From positions 224,001 to 288,000 of the forward strand of contig CBDCYI010000009.1 in NCBI GenBank assembly GCA_965224085.1: a stretch of 64,000 nucleotides of DNA, written 5' to 3'. This DNA is from Candidatus Marinacidobacterales bacterium (GTDB lineage Bacteria; Acidobacteriota; Vicinamibacteria; Marinacidobacterales; SMYC01). The notes beneath the pieces are model-generated. The model had not been told where the DNA came from and made no database searches. It saw only the letters and a list, made by a program, of their open reading frames with translations. Positions within the stretch are counted from its first letter, which is position 1, and every line of letters begins with the position of its first letter. The translations under genes were made by a program, and so were the position numbers. This document shows, in pieces, positions 20,519 to 30,628 of the stretch.

Positions 20519-20828
20519 AGGCGCGCTCCATGACATTCTCGGTCATAAAGACGAGGCCTAGTCCGGCAGGAAAATCACGCCTCCGTCCCCGGACGGCCTC
20601 CGTCCGGCGCGCCACGACTGCTTTGAGTGGAAGAGATTTGTCTTCGCCGGGAAAGCGAAGCTCAACGACGAGTGTCGCGTTTTTTTGCAGGACGAGGTCG
20701 GTAGCGACGAAAACTCCAGCGTTATTGAGGTCGACGACTTGACCTTTCGACGTGATGCCGTCGACGAGAAGTCGCGCCTCCATTACCTGCTCGACCGGTA
20801 TCCGGCGACGCATGCGTCGTTCACTCAT
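20418..20828 (-). CDS. Single-domain PilZ protein
   Basis: ERRMRRR (RxxxR) and VDLNNAG (DxSxxG-like), GLGLVF; GGAGG RBS before ATG 20828. Confidence 0.8.
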   Translation of the reverse strand: MSERRMRRRIPVEQVMEARLLVDGITSKGQVVDLNNAGVFVATDLVLQKNATLVVELRFPGEDKSLPLKAVVARRTEAVRGRRRDFPAGLGLVFMTENVMERAFIQKAVLEALKGSLERTRMNLATTLEAGENAHS

Positions 20829-20850
20829 GGATGCTCCTCCGAGCCGATGA

Positions 20851-20866
20851 TGCAATCTTCGTACCG
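20851..20866 (-). promoter_or_regulatory. Candidate sigma54 (-24/-12) promoter of the PilZ gene
   Basis: Minus strand CGGTACGAAGATTGCA has GG-N10-GC with TTGCA; IHF-like AATCAAGATTTAA at 20893-20905. Confidence 0.55.
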
Positions 20867-20980
20867 AAAAAGGCGCCCAGTAACCTGTTTAGAATCAAGA
20901 TTTAAATAGCACTGGCGCACGGCAACCGTGGGCGAACAGCTACAATTCCCGAAACGCACCCCAGATCAGGATTCACGATT

Positions 20981-21886
20981 TCAAATCCGTGTGCCGTGGT
21001 CTATACGGACGGCTACTTCACGTGGCGCAGCGCGGCGGAACAGGCTGAGCTGATCGAGGGCACTACGTTTTGCGGTGAGGCCGGTCGCGGCTAGGGACAC
21101 GTCTGTGATGCGACGGTTGCGTCTAGGGGACATTTCTAGAAGCCGGCGTCCTGCGCGGTCCAAGATTTCGAAAGTCGCCGCTGGCTGCGGGAGGAGCGTG
21201 TAGCGTTCGTCGGCGATACCGTGGTCGTAGCCGAGTCGCAGCTCGAGTCCCCTCGCTTCTTCACCGCACTTTGCGAGTCGCCGAGAAAGACGCCGTGCGA
21301 GAATCGAGACGCATTGCAACAACCGACCTCCGTCCCTCGACTCGGGGGCGCCTTCGATTCCACGCACAAGGGTTACGAGCTTGGACGCCTGCGAGCCCAA
21401 GAGCTCTCGTGCTTCAGCGGGGCCGAGGCTGCCGAGCTCACCCATCGTTCGAATTCCTCGGGCGCGAAGCTTTTTGGCTTGTTCAGGTCTGAGCTCATCC
21501 AGCTCTTCGAGCGCCAGTCCTTCGATGAGTCTGTTTTCGTATCCGGACAGCCACAACATGACGCCGCGTGGGCGCGCCATGCGAGAGCAGATGCGCGCGG
21601 CAACGCGCGTCGCGGCTATACCAACGGAGCAGTCGAGACCGAGCTCTTCGTGCACAGCGTCTCTGAGCCTACCGGCCCAATCCAACAGCGCACGCTGCGA
21701 GCCCGACGGAGCACGCTGCGACAGGATTGCTTCATCCGCCGACGGCCTTTGCCATCCCTCCGCGAACCGAGCCAGCGCACTATCGACGCGATCGGTGAGC
21801 GAAACCAGGTCATCGAGCCGCCGCTCAGCAGACGCATCGAAGAAATGCTCGATGGTCACGTGGACCACGCCTTGCTTGCCCGCCAT
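20981..21886 (-). CDS. Degenerate compact Y-family DNA polymerase homolog (DinB/ImuB-like)
   Basis: HVTIEHFF (cf. HVDMDAFF), PSADEA (cf. SIDEA), ELGLDCSVGIA, ARPRG, GIRTMGEL, C-terminal QLSLF. Confidence 0.8.
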   Translation of the reverse strand: MAGKQGVVHVTIEHFFDASAERRLDDLVSLTDRVDSALARFAEGWQRPSADEAILSQRAPSGSQRALLDWAGRLRDAVHEELGLDCSVGIAATRVAARICSRMARPRGVMLWLSGYENRLIEGLALEELDELRPEQAKKLRARGIRTMGELGSLGPAEARELLGSQASKLVTLVRGIEGAPESRDGGRLLQCVSILARRLSRRLAKCGEEARGLELRLGYDHGIADERYTLLPQPAATFEILDRAGRRLLEMSPRRNRRITDVSLAATGLTAKRSALDQLSLFRRAAPREVAVRIDHGTRI

Positions 21887-21899
21887 CGCCTTTGTGGGC

Positions 21900-22241
21900 T
21901 CAGTGGACTTTGCCGCCGAGCTTGCCCTTCGCCCAACCGACGTTCGAATAGGCGTCTTTATAGATACGAAGGTTCTCGTGAAGAGCAGCGCCAAGCGCGG
22001 GAATGAGACTAGCGGGCACGACGACTTTGACTTTCACTGGCGCTGAAATGGTTTGAGTCGCGCCTTCCGGCGTACCCTCGAAGTCTTTCTCGTTCAAAGG
22101 ACGCATCTGGCAAAACGTGAGTGTAAAGTCGAACGGCGTGTGGCTGACGGCACAGAAATTCGCGTAGACACTCTCGACAAGCTCCTCCTCCTTCTCCTCG
22201 TGCGGCACGACCGTGAAGTTGATTGATTTCTTTTCCGACAT
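21900..22241 (-). CDS. DUF3467-like small protein
   Basis: VYANFCAVSHTPFDFTLTF and LGAALHENLRIY pattern; GGAGA RBS. Confidence 0.75.
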   Translation of the reverse strand: MSEKKSINFTVVPHEEKEEELVESVYANFCAVSHTPFDFTLTFCQMRPLNEKDFEGTPEGATQTISAPVKVKVVVPASLIPALGAALHENLRIYKDAYSNVGWAKGKLGGKVH

Positions 22242-22277
22242 GCTCCGTTCTCTCCCATCGTTGTCTTGGTTCGAACT

Positions 22278-22880
22278 TTAGTACTTGCGCAGCACGCCCA
22301 CGACGACACCTTGAATCGCAAGCTCGTCCTCATGCACGAGGATGGGCTTCATCGTCGGATGGGCTGGCTGCAACCTGATTTGGTTTTTTTCCCGATAGAA
22401 TTTCTTGAGTGTCGCGTTCTCCCCGTTCAGAAGAGCTACAACCATCTCTCCGTTGCGCGGGTCCGTCCGGTTTTCCACGATGACGAAGTCCCCGTCCCGG
22501 ACTTGCTCGTCGATCATCGACTCGCCACGAACGCGAAGCACGAAGACGTCCCGATGGCCAATTATATCCTCGGGCACCGCGACGAGATCCTGACCTCGTA
22601 TCGCCTCAATTGGCTCGCCCGCCGCGATGACCCCAGCGAGGGGTACATCGCGCGCCTCCGGCTTTTCGTGCCGGGGAACGACTTCAATGGCGCGCGCCCG
22701 ATTCCAGTGCCGCCTGATGAGTCCTTTTTCCTCGAGATTCACGAGGTGTTTATGGATCGTCGAGATCGAGTTGAGGTTGAAATGACGGCTTATCTCTTCG
22801 AGGCTCGGCGCATATCCGTTCTTGCGGATCGCCTCTTCGATGAAGCCAAGTATCTGCTTCTGTCGTTTCGTCAAAATCAT
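22278..22880 (-). CDS. lexA: SOS repressor LexA
   Basis: LTKRQKQIL, GYAPSLEEI, IAAGEP cleavage site, RGESM (Ser), ATLKKF (Lys); start ATG 22880. Confidence 0.96.
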   Translation of the reverse strand: MILTKRQKQILGFIEEAIRKNGYAPSLEEISRHFNLNSISTIHKHLVNLEEKGLIRRHWNRARAIEVVPRHEKPEARDVPLAGVIAAGEPIEAIRGQDLVAVPEDIIGHRDVFVLRVRGESMIDEQVRDGDFVIVENRTDPRNGEMVVALLNGENATLKKFYREKNQIRLQPAHPTMKPILVHEDELAIQGVVVGVLRKY

Positions 22881-22888
22881 CCCTAAAG

Positions 22889-22939
22889 CTTCTCCAAATC
22901 TTCGCCTCCCATTCTGACTCAAATTTAGGTGTATATCAA
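22889..22939 (-). promoter_or_regulatory. lexA sigma70 promoter (TTGATA-17-CAGAAT) with downstream GAAG-N7-GAAG direct repeat, candidate LexA operator
   Basis: -35 at 22934-22939, -10 at 22911-22916; plus strand CTTC-tccaaat-CTTC at 22889-22903. Confidence 0.6.
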
Positions 22940-22960
22940 GTGTATTCATAGAGGGTGCGA

Positions 22961-23365
22961 CTACGCGACGTGGACCAGAACCCGCCGGGAATGAGCGGCA
23001 CGGCGATGCTCCCACAGATAGAGCCCCTGCCAGGTGCCGAGCGCCAGACGGCTCGAGACGACAGGCACGCCGAGGCTCGTGGCCGTGAGGGCGCTCTTGA
23101 TGTGCGATGGCATATCGTCGGGCCCTTCGGCCGTGTGGGTGAACAGCTCATCGTTTTCAGGGACGAGACGGTTCAACCACGATTCGAGGTCCCGGCGCGC
23201 CGATGGGTCCGCGTTCTCCTGAATCAGGAGGCTCGCGGACGTGTGTTGCACGAACACCGTGCATAGCCCGTCATCGATCCCAGACGAGCTCACCACGGAC
23301 TGGACGGGCGCGGTGATGTCGACAAGCCCTTGGCCGGTCGACTCGACTACGAGGGTTTGCAGCAT
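22961..23365 (-). CDS. yjbQ: YjbQ/UPF0047 secondary thiamine-phosphate synthase family
   Basis: HTSASLLIQENADP, EGPDDMPSHIK, LGTWQGLYLWEHR. Confidence 0.92.
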   Translation of the reverse strand: MLQTLVVESTGQGLVDITAPVQSVVSSSGIDDGLCTVFVQHTSASLLIQENADPSARRDLESWLNRLVPENDELFTHTAEGPDDMPSHIKSALTATSLGVPVVSSRLALGTWQGLYLWEHRRAAHSRRVLVHVA

Positions 23366-23501
23366 GTCTCGACGCAAGAGATTCTAGAACAGTCCTCCGA
23401 CGAGTTGAAGTCTCGAGCGTGAAAACGCTCCCCACAGGGTAGAATTGCTTCTTTTCTCGAGTTCATGGAGGTTAGAGTTAACTTTTTCGTTTCAACACGC
23501 C

Positions 23502-24107
23502 ATGGCTGAATCCGGCAAGATTCCGAGAGCGCGGCGCATGTGGTTCATTGCCGTTTCGCTTGGAGCAAGCCTGTTCGTGTCGCTCGTCCTGTTCGAGGTT
23601 CTAGCACGGATCATCGAAAGCCAACGCAGGGACAGCCCAGAACTACGGGAGCGGTTGGATCTATTGACGCCCAATCCTAACGGGACCGGCTCCTACAGAC
23701 TCAAACCAGACATCGACTTGGTTACACCCATTGGCCGGCGAGCGGTCCGCATCCAAAGCAACCGTCACGGCATGCATTGGCGCGAAGTGGCCATACGAAA
23801 CAACGATGGGCGGCGTCGCATCGCTTTTCTGGGAGACTCGTTCACGTTCGGTGCCTTCCCGCAGGCGTACCTTCAGGTATTTGCTCGCGACCGGGATATC
23901 CCCTATCTCGATTTGCTCCCGATTCTTCGCCTACATGTTAGCCGCACCAACGAGCGTCTGTTCTTGGCGGGGGATCCGCATCTCAATAATCGGGGGCACG
24001 AGATCGTCGGTCAGCGCATGGCTGACTGGTTTCGATGCTGTGTGAAGAATCGGAAGCGCCTCTCGAAGGAATCGACAACGCGTGTGACGGTTCCCGACGA
24101 GAGCTAG
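23502..24107 (+). pseudogene. SGNH/GDSL hydrolase homolog with apparent large internal deletion
   Basis: Block I RIAFLGDSFTFG runs almost directly into C-terminal YLDLLP...DPHLNNRGH; blocks II/III absent. Confidence 0.6.
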
Positions 24108-24129
24108 AAGCTGGTTGCCACATCACAGC

Positions 24130-24995
24130 CTAACCCACCTCTCGCCCTAAAAGAACAAGTAAGGTCCGTAGAATTGGCCGAGCCAAGCGCGGAGCTGCAG
24201 CAGCCACGCCAAGGCGGCGAGGGCGATGGCAGCCGAAACGATGGCGAGGCTCCGCCAAGGGGTGGCGTCCCCTTTCGTGCGTACTCGTTCGGCGAGCATC
24301 GAGCCTCCCGCGACCGCTAGAAGCGCTCCCGCCCAGTAGAGCTCCTTTTGTTTCAGAAAAAGGTCGGGGAAAGAAAAACGGAGCACATACGCGACGGCGG
24401 CCGAGCTTGTCCAACCCCAGAAGAGCAGCCGCAAGCCGGAGGCGTCGAGCTTCGCAGTCCGGTGAAAAGGCCGGCTAGGCCAAGGATGAGCACCGGCGCG
24501 CCGAGAAAGACGAGCAAGCGGGGACCGACCGATCCGAGCACCTCGAGCGGAACGTGCGCCGACCCGGCCGGCGGCGCGCCGGCGCCGTGGGGGAACACCG
24601 TCATGAAGAAGTTACCGAGCGTGTCCGGGTGGTAGAAGAGAAAAGAAAGTGGCAGTGCGGCTAGGCCGGCGGTTACGAGGGCGACCGCTTTGGGGCGTTT
24701 CAGGCCGTCCGTGGTTAGCGACAAAGCAAGTAGACAGACAATGAGTAGACCAATGTGAACGTAGCCCGCCGTGTAAGCCCCGAGGCTCAGGGTCATGCAT
24801 CCCGTCGCGAGGAGCCATCGCGGGATCGTGTCGAGGCGAAGCGTGACATGAGCAAGGTAGGTCAGTACTCCAAGGTCAACCAAGCGACCGAGCGTCGCGG
24901 CGTTTTCCAGCAAGAGAACGCTTCGGGTCAAGCAAGGAATGAATAGGTAAAGCACGCAGGCGAAGGTCGGGGCGAGGCGGGCGGAGCTGAAACGA
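24130..24995 (-). pseudogene. 3' remnant of a polytopic membrane protein, frameshifted and cut by IS
   Basis: Hydrophobic ORFs 24353..24955 and 24147..24434 in different frames; 5' end abuts the ISL3 fragment. Confidence 0.55.
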
Positions 24996-26631
24996 CATCG
25001 CCAAGAAAGCTTCCCACGCCGTACACGTCCTGGACCGGTTCCACATCATGTCGATGATGAGCAGAGCCATCGACAAAGTCCGGGCCGAGGAAGCAAAACA
25101 GCTCCACGCTCGTGGCTATGAGCCAATGCTCAAAGGCTCACGATGTTGCTACTCAAGCGTCCGGAAAATCTCACGGATTCCCAGGACGTCAAACTGGCTG
25201 AGCTGCTCCAATACAACCTCCGCTCGGTTCGGAGCTATCTCTTGAAGGAAGACTTTCAGTTCTTCTGGAAATACGTCTCTCCTTATTGGGCCGGTCGGTT
25301 CCTCGACCGGTGGAGCACTCGAGTCATGCGTTCGCAGATCGAGCCGATGAAGAAGGTGGCTCGCTCGCTGCGCAAACATCGCGTCCTTCTCCTCAACTGG
25401 TTCCACGCTAAGGGTCCGCGAAGAAATAACTCCAGCCGATTGGGCGTAACCGTGCCTCATGCAAGCTACAAGTTTGTCGGTGCAGATCGGCGTTTTGCCC
25501 TACAAACAACGCCATCTCGATCACTCCCGGGTGGTTGCCAGAGTAGGGGAGTTATGGCACTATAACGCTCATAGAGGCGTAAAGGTGCCATAATGAGACT
25601 CTCCGCTTTCTCCGCAGATTCCATCGCTACGCTGCTGCGCAAGCAGAAGATCGCCAGCATGCCGAAGTTGATGGCAGCGCTGGGCACGGACGCCAGGCGC
25701 ACCGTCTTCCGCAAGCTGAAGGAGTTGGCCTACCGTACGAGCTACTCCCATTGCGGCCGCTACTACACCCTCGATGAGGTCGCTGAGTTCGACCAGCAAG
25801 GTCTGTGGTCGTATCGGCAGGTGTGGTTTTCGGTCTACGGCACTCTGTTGTCGACGGCGGCGGCAATGGTCGAGGCCGCGGATCTCGGCTACTTCGTTGA
25901 GGAACTTGACAACCGGCTACACGTTGGCACGAAGGACGCGCTGCGCAAGCTCGTTCGAGACGCTCGTTTGACTCGTGAGAAGGTCGCGGGGCAGTTTCTG
26001 TACTGCGCGGCGGACTCGCGTCGCAGACGGCAACAGTTGTTGGCGCGCAGCTGCCTGCTCGCCGAGCCGGGTGTGGTCGGAGCGATACCCGAAGCTGCCA
26101 TCCTGCCTGACGAACTGAGAGCGGCCATCGTTTTGTTCTTCAGCTTGCTGGATGAGAAGCAGCGACGCTTGTACGCCGGGCTCGAGGCCCTGAAGACGGG
26201 ACGCGGCGGTGACGGTCGGATCGCCGAGTTTCTCGGACTCGATGCAGGCACCGTGGCTCGGGGACGACAAGAGCTTCTTGAGCAAGACGTGGAAGTGGAA
26301 CGGGCGCGCCGCGCGGGGGGCGGTCGTAAGCCGGTGGAAAAAAAACGCCCGAGGTCATCGCGCACATCGAAGAGCTGATGCAACACGATACGGCAGGCGA
26401 TCCGATGACCGGCTTGAAATGGACTCGCAGGACGACGGCCAAGATTGCCGTCGAATTGAGCTCCGTGGGCATCGAGATCAGCGACAGGACCGTGGCCACA
26501 ACAACAAAGCCAAACTCACTACCAGAAAAGCCTTCGGATTCCGGATCTTCAAAGCTGCCGAAGTCGCACTTTTTCACACACTTGGAGATCTACCGGAGCC
26601 AAAGATGACCCACAGATTTTGCTGAGGAGGC
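24996..26631 (+). mobile_element. ISL3-family transposase remnant (about 24996-25410 and 26498-26625) interrupted by ISAzo13
   Basis: HVLDRFHI, LLKRPENL, YLLKEDF, EPMKKVARSL; tail NNKAKLTTRKAFGFR...THRFC* followed by IR-like end at about 26631. Confidence 0.85.
25412..26497 (+). mobile_element. ISAzo13-family element, 3' truncated, with A8 slippery site at 26338-26345
   Basis: LDEKQRRLYAGLEA...RRAGGGRK, then the -1 frame TPEVI...TAGDPMTGLKWTRRT; left end GGGTCCGCGAAGAAATAAC after TAA. Confidence 0.8.
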
Positions 26632-26857
26632 ATATTTTTTAAACTTCGGTTCTAGCTTTCTAGACTTCTACATCTTCTTTCAGCTTCTCGTTGCTTGCTT
26701 CAACAACTTCAACAGCTAGACGATGCTTCATAGAATTAGCTGCCGTCTTCTTCGTCATAGGTAACGTCGCTTTTGTTGTTACGGTTTCGTAGGATCAAAT
26801 TTTCTAGTGGGTTGACGAAATGCCCGCATTGCGCGGTCACCTTTTCGCAAAATTGGC

Positions 26858-27075
26858 ATGTTCAGGGCAACCACAAAGACGTGGACGGCGATAAGTTTCG
26901 GGCGGCGCGATCAGCGCGGAGGCCGCGATCGTCGCGATGACCATTCTATTCGTCGCCTATGGTGTGGCGGGTGGGTTGAGCGCGGCGATCGTCACGGACG
27001 CGATCCAAGGTGTTCTGACCGTAATCCTGTCTTTCTTGATCTTGCCTTTCGCGCTCGATGCGGTCGACGAGCGTG
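26858..27075 (+). pseudogene. Internal fragment of a sodium:solute symporter
   Basis: Alternate frame reads ILFVAYGVAGGLSAAIVTDAIQGVL, an SSS signature. Confidence 0.7.
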
Positions 27076-27162
27076 GGGGGGGCTGATGAAATAAAGATCG
27101 CGCCTCTACTTATTTATAGACCTCGACTTCGGCGAGCACCCCAGGGCCAGAAATGCGCTCCG

Positions 27163-27648
27163 TCACCAATAGTGAATTCGAGCCCCCAGAGACGTTCCCC
27201 ATTCAACGGGAAATCTAGGCTGGGCGCGGCCCGTTTTCGCGATGAGCTCTCTCAGAAACCCCACGCGATCGAAGGATCCGTAACGAGCAACGAGCTCCCA
27301 CTCTCCATCCTCGATCCCATGCTTCTTTGGCAGCTTTCCGGTCGCTACCGTCGTCCAGATGACCGGTGAGAACGTGGGCACCAGGGTCTCCAGCCGCCCG
27401 AACGAGCCTTCCCTCATCAGCCGCGTCAAGACGGGAAGGCGCTCCTCGCCGACGAGATCGAGGACAACCCTCCACTCGAGGCCGTCGACACCGATCAGAA
27501 TGACCTTCCCGGGCGGCGGGGCGACATCGGCAGCGCCCCGGCAGCCGCTCGCCATGACGAGAGCGAGAACGCCGAGAAATACCCACCGCGATGCGAATCG
27601 GCGGCTCTGACAGCGCTGAGCGGCGGCTTCTGTACGGGCGCAAGGCAT
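27163..27648 (-). pseudogene. 5' fragment of an alkaline phosphatase / type I phosphodiesterase-family protein
   Basis: KVILIGVDG, SPVIWTTVATGK..KHGI, then similarity ends. Confidence 0.75.
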
Positions 27649-27870
27649 GCGTCGTCACGACCTCGAGGCGAGCTTCAAGCCGACATCTCGACCAGGATCC
27701 CAGCTGCGCCTGATTGTGACACACGCCGCGGAACGTTAATACGATCCCTTTTTCGCGCCGTGATATGTTCCGTGCTTGAGACGCTCGCAGCAGAGGCTCG
27801 TAGCCTCCCGGAGTGGATCGAACAACCTGAGGGCCCCGGCGACAGCGCGTCAACGACAGGTACGGTCAGT

Positions 27871-28320
27871 ATGCAAGAGGAAACGCGGAGCACCGGGGCC
27901 AACAAGCAGGTCGCCGGATACATCATTCCGCTCGCCTACGCGACACTCTTGCTGGCGACGGCATGGGCGCGACGCCGTGGACTGAACCCTGGAGCGCTCC
28001 GGTTCGACGACGTGTGGGTCGCGGTTCTCACCAAGAGCTCCTCGATCTTCTCATTGGCGGCCGTCCCGACCTCAGAGCCTCTCGGCTTCGTCGCCACTCT
28101 GTGGATTGCACGACGAGTCATCAGCGACCCCGAGGTCTCGCTGCAGGTCGTGCCGTTTCTGTGCGGGCTCGCGGCGATCCGCTGGTCGGCATGGCCGTTG
28201 CCAAGGTCACCGACAGTCGAGGTATGGGCCTGCTGGCCGCGGCTCTCGTCGCGTTGAACCCGGAGATGGCTCATTTTTCGGTGTTCATCAAACACTACAA
28301 TAAGGATAGTCCATTTCAAG
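27871..28320 (+). pseudogene. 5' fragment of a membrane glycosyltransferase-like (ArnT/PMT-type) protein, frameshifted
   Basis: LRFDDVW, PLGF, and GLLAAALVALNP in a second frame. Confidence 0.5.
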
Positions 28321-28368
28321 CTGCGCCGTCGACCCCGCGTCGCAAATTTGCGCTTCTGGATGATCTGT

Positions 28369-28900
28369 TCAGCGTGGGCTAGCGGTGGCGAGGTTCGCTG
28401 TCGTCGATGAAGAAGCTGGAACCGAGGTCGGAGCCTCCGGCACCAAAATGGCTTCGCTCCGCGAGTGGGCCCCCCACCCTACCGCACCCATCCCGTCCAG
28501 GGTGGGCACACCGAGAGCGCTGGTGCGATTCCCATCCGAGGTACCTCCACTAGAGGACTCGACGACTTCGAACCCGAGCGACATAGCCACCTCGCGCGCC
28601 ATGCGGAAAACCTTCACGTTCTGCGGGGTGCGCTCCATGGGCGGACGAGTAAACGAACCCTCCATCTCGAGGCTGGCGCCTTTCACCACTGGCCTCAACG
28701 ACTGCAGCAACGCTTGAATACGGCCCCCGGCCTCCAAACAGGATACTCTTACGCCGATTTTGGCCTCGGCGAAGTCTGAGACGAGCGTGATCCCACGACC
28801 CCTCGGATGAGTCCCACGTTCAATGTGGTGTCGTCTCGATCGCTCAGACTCTTGATGTGCAAGAGCTGATGCGCCAGCTTCCTCTCCAGGGCAGGGAGTA
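28369..28900 (-). pseudogene. 3' fragment of an M20 peptidase (glutamate carboxypeptidase-like)
   Basis: TTLNVGLIRG, RPPMER, SGGTSDGN, PTLDGMG..G.GAHS..E. Confidence 0.75.
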
Positions 28901-29021
28901 CTCGATCTCGATGCGTCGCCTCTTCGTTCTCTACTGGGGCATAAGCCACGTCATCGCGCCGCCGGTGGGGGGGCGCCCCTCATATCGCTTCTTCTTCCGG
29001 GGTGGATATCTGGCGACAGGG

Positions 29022-29471
29022 CTACCACGCGATGAAACTGGGCATCGCACTCTTCATCTTCGGCGCTTCGTTCGTGCGGATAGTGAGACCGCCTTCATCG
29101 CCTTCGCCCGCATTCAACTCCAACGTCACCGACTCGCCGTTGGAAAGAAAGCTCAACTTGCCCTCTTCGATATCCTCGAAGTCGATGGTGAACTCCTCGG
29201 CGGTACGAGTGTTCAGAAGAGTGACGACTCCCGCCTCGATGCCCGCCTGGGCAAGCTCGATGTCCGGGTTGGCGGCTGCAATCAGCCTGGCTGCTGTCAC
29301 GGCAGGGTTTGCGTTCATCTCTCCCAGGACATCCTTCGCCTTGTTGAACGCGAAGAAACCGCCCACCAACAAGGCGAAAGCACCCAGCACGGCTATCCCC
29401 GAGCAGCCGATGGCGATCCAGGCAATCGGGCTCAGGCCTTTCTTGTCTTGCGGTGCTTGACCATCCGTCAT
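29022..29471 (-). CDS. Hypothetical membrane-anchored protein, probably truncated
   Basis: GGAGG RBS; MTDGQAPQDKKGLSPIAWIAIGC followed by a TM helix and an acidic domain. Confidence 0.5.
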   Translation of the reverse strand: MTDGQAPQDKKGLSPIAWIAIGCSGIAVLGAFALLVGGFFAFNKAKDVLGEMNANPAVTAARLIAAANPDIELAQAGIEAGVVTLLNTRTAEEFTIDFEDIEEGKLSFLSNGESVTLELNAGEGDEGGLTIRTNEAPKMKSAMPSFIAW

Positions 29472-29884
29472 CGCCAGCCTCCTCCTTCGACCGTCAGACG
29501 ACACACTCGCTCGCGCGACGCCACACAGGCTGCCGATCCTAACAAGCGATGGCCAACGTCGCGCAGTTTCACGGTCAATCCAAGCCGAGCGCCCGACGAA
29601 ACGCGGCCAGCACACGCTCGTTAATGTGGTGAGGGTTGCTCTGGTGAATGCGTTGCGCCACGCGTAAAGCACGCTTTTCGCTCAGCTCTTCTCGTTGGAC
29701 CAATTCGACCGGGAGCCCGAGACTGCGACGTACACGGATCCCAGCCCTCCCGCATTCGCTCAAGAGTGCACGGTCGTTACTGAGGCAACTCCAAGAACGG
29801 TTTCGGCATACGATGAAGCACAGCCAATCTTCGACAGAAAAACCGTGGAGGTGAATCCGCAATCTGGTTGGTGCCCAGCGAGGG

Positions 29885-30445
29885 CGGAGTGGCGGATGTA
29901 CGTTCAAAACACTCCCGAATGTCTGCGGGACCGCGACGACCCCGGAACGGGCTTTGTGGTCACCGGCGGCTTCGCTCAACAACTCGTTGATGGTCTCGTA
30001 AGCAAGGCGAACGAGATCTCCGAGCAGCTCGCGCCTGAACATGAAAAGGGTCGGAGCATTTTGGGGATCGTAAAAGTCCACAAGCAATGGCCGACGTTTT
30101 CCAAAAGCTCATCCTTGAGCAAGGCGGCAAAGGCGGCTGCCCGCTTCGCATCACAGGACGGGCAGATGCCCCTTTGTTTGCAGCTGAGTGTGAGTAGTTC
30201 TTCGACGTCACATGTATCGCATCTGAGTCTTGCGAACCCCCCTTCAGCGACACCACAATCTAGGTAACGAGCGACGACGGTGTCGACGAAGCCCCTCCAG
30301 AATCCGTATTTTTTCTCGAAGCGTTGCTCCCAGACAGCCTTGACCTCTTCGTAGCAGGTCTCAAGTAGCTGATAGAGAGGGCTCGCGCGCACATTGCGTG
30401 GGCGGTAGAGACGAGGCGGCTCGAGGGTGCGGCAAAGGTGCCCAT
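29885..30445 (-). mobile_element. IS91-family rolling-circle transposase, 5' fragment with frameshifts
   Basis: YRPR..SPLYQL, YLDCG...GFARLRC..C, SCKQRGICPSC, FTIPKMLR, QTFGS.LN.HP; ends at the HUH motif. Confidence 0.88.
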
Positions 30446-30478
30446 AGAGCCCGTTGGTTAGCGAAGGCCATGCCAGCG

Positions 30479-30628
30479 AGAGCGCCGTGGCGTGAAAAAA
30501 CGTCAAGAGACATGTTGTGAGGAAGTTGCGAGCACGATAGCCGGGAGCACTCGCCCGCGAGCTGATCGTCAACGCGTTTTGACAGTGGGGCTGGGCAGAG
30601 CGCCGTGGCACATGTTGTGAGGAAGTTG
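30479..30628. repeat. Direct repeats upstream of the IS91 transposase: 19-bp ACATGTTGTGAGGAAGTTG (30510, 30610) and 13-bp AGAGCGCCGTGGC (30479, 30597)
   Basis: Perfect copies read directly; the 19-mers start exactly 100 bp apart. Confidence 0.85.

Noticed and set aside
26632-26800. AT-richer patch next to the ISL3 end
   Set aside because: Only a roughly 30-codon minus-strand ORF with no recognisable motif; treated as debris.
30479-30628. Direct repeats as a mini CRISPR array
   Set aside because: Only two 19-bp copies with an 81-bp gap, no cas genes, and adjacent to an IS91 transposase.
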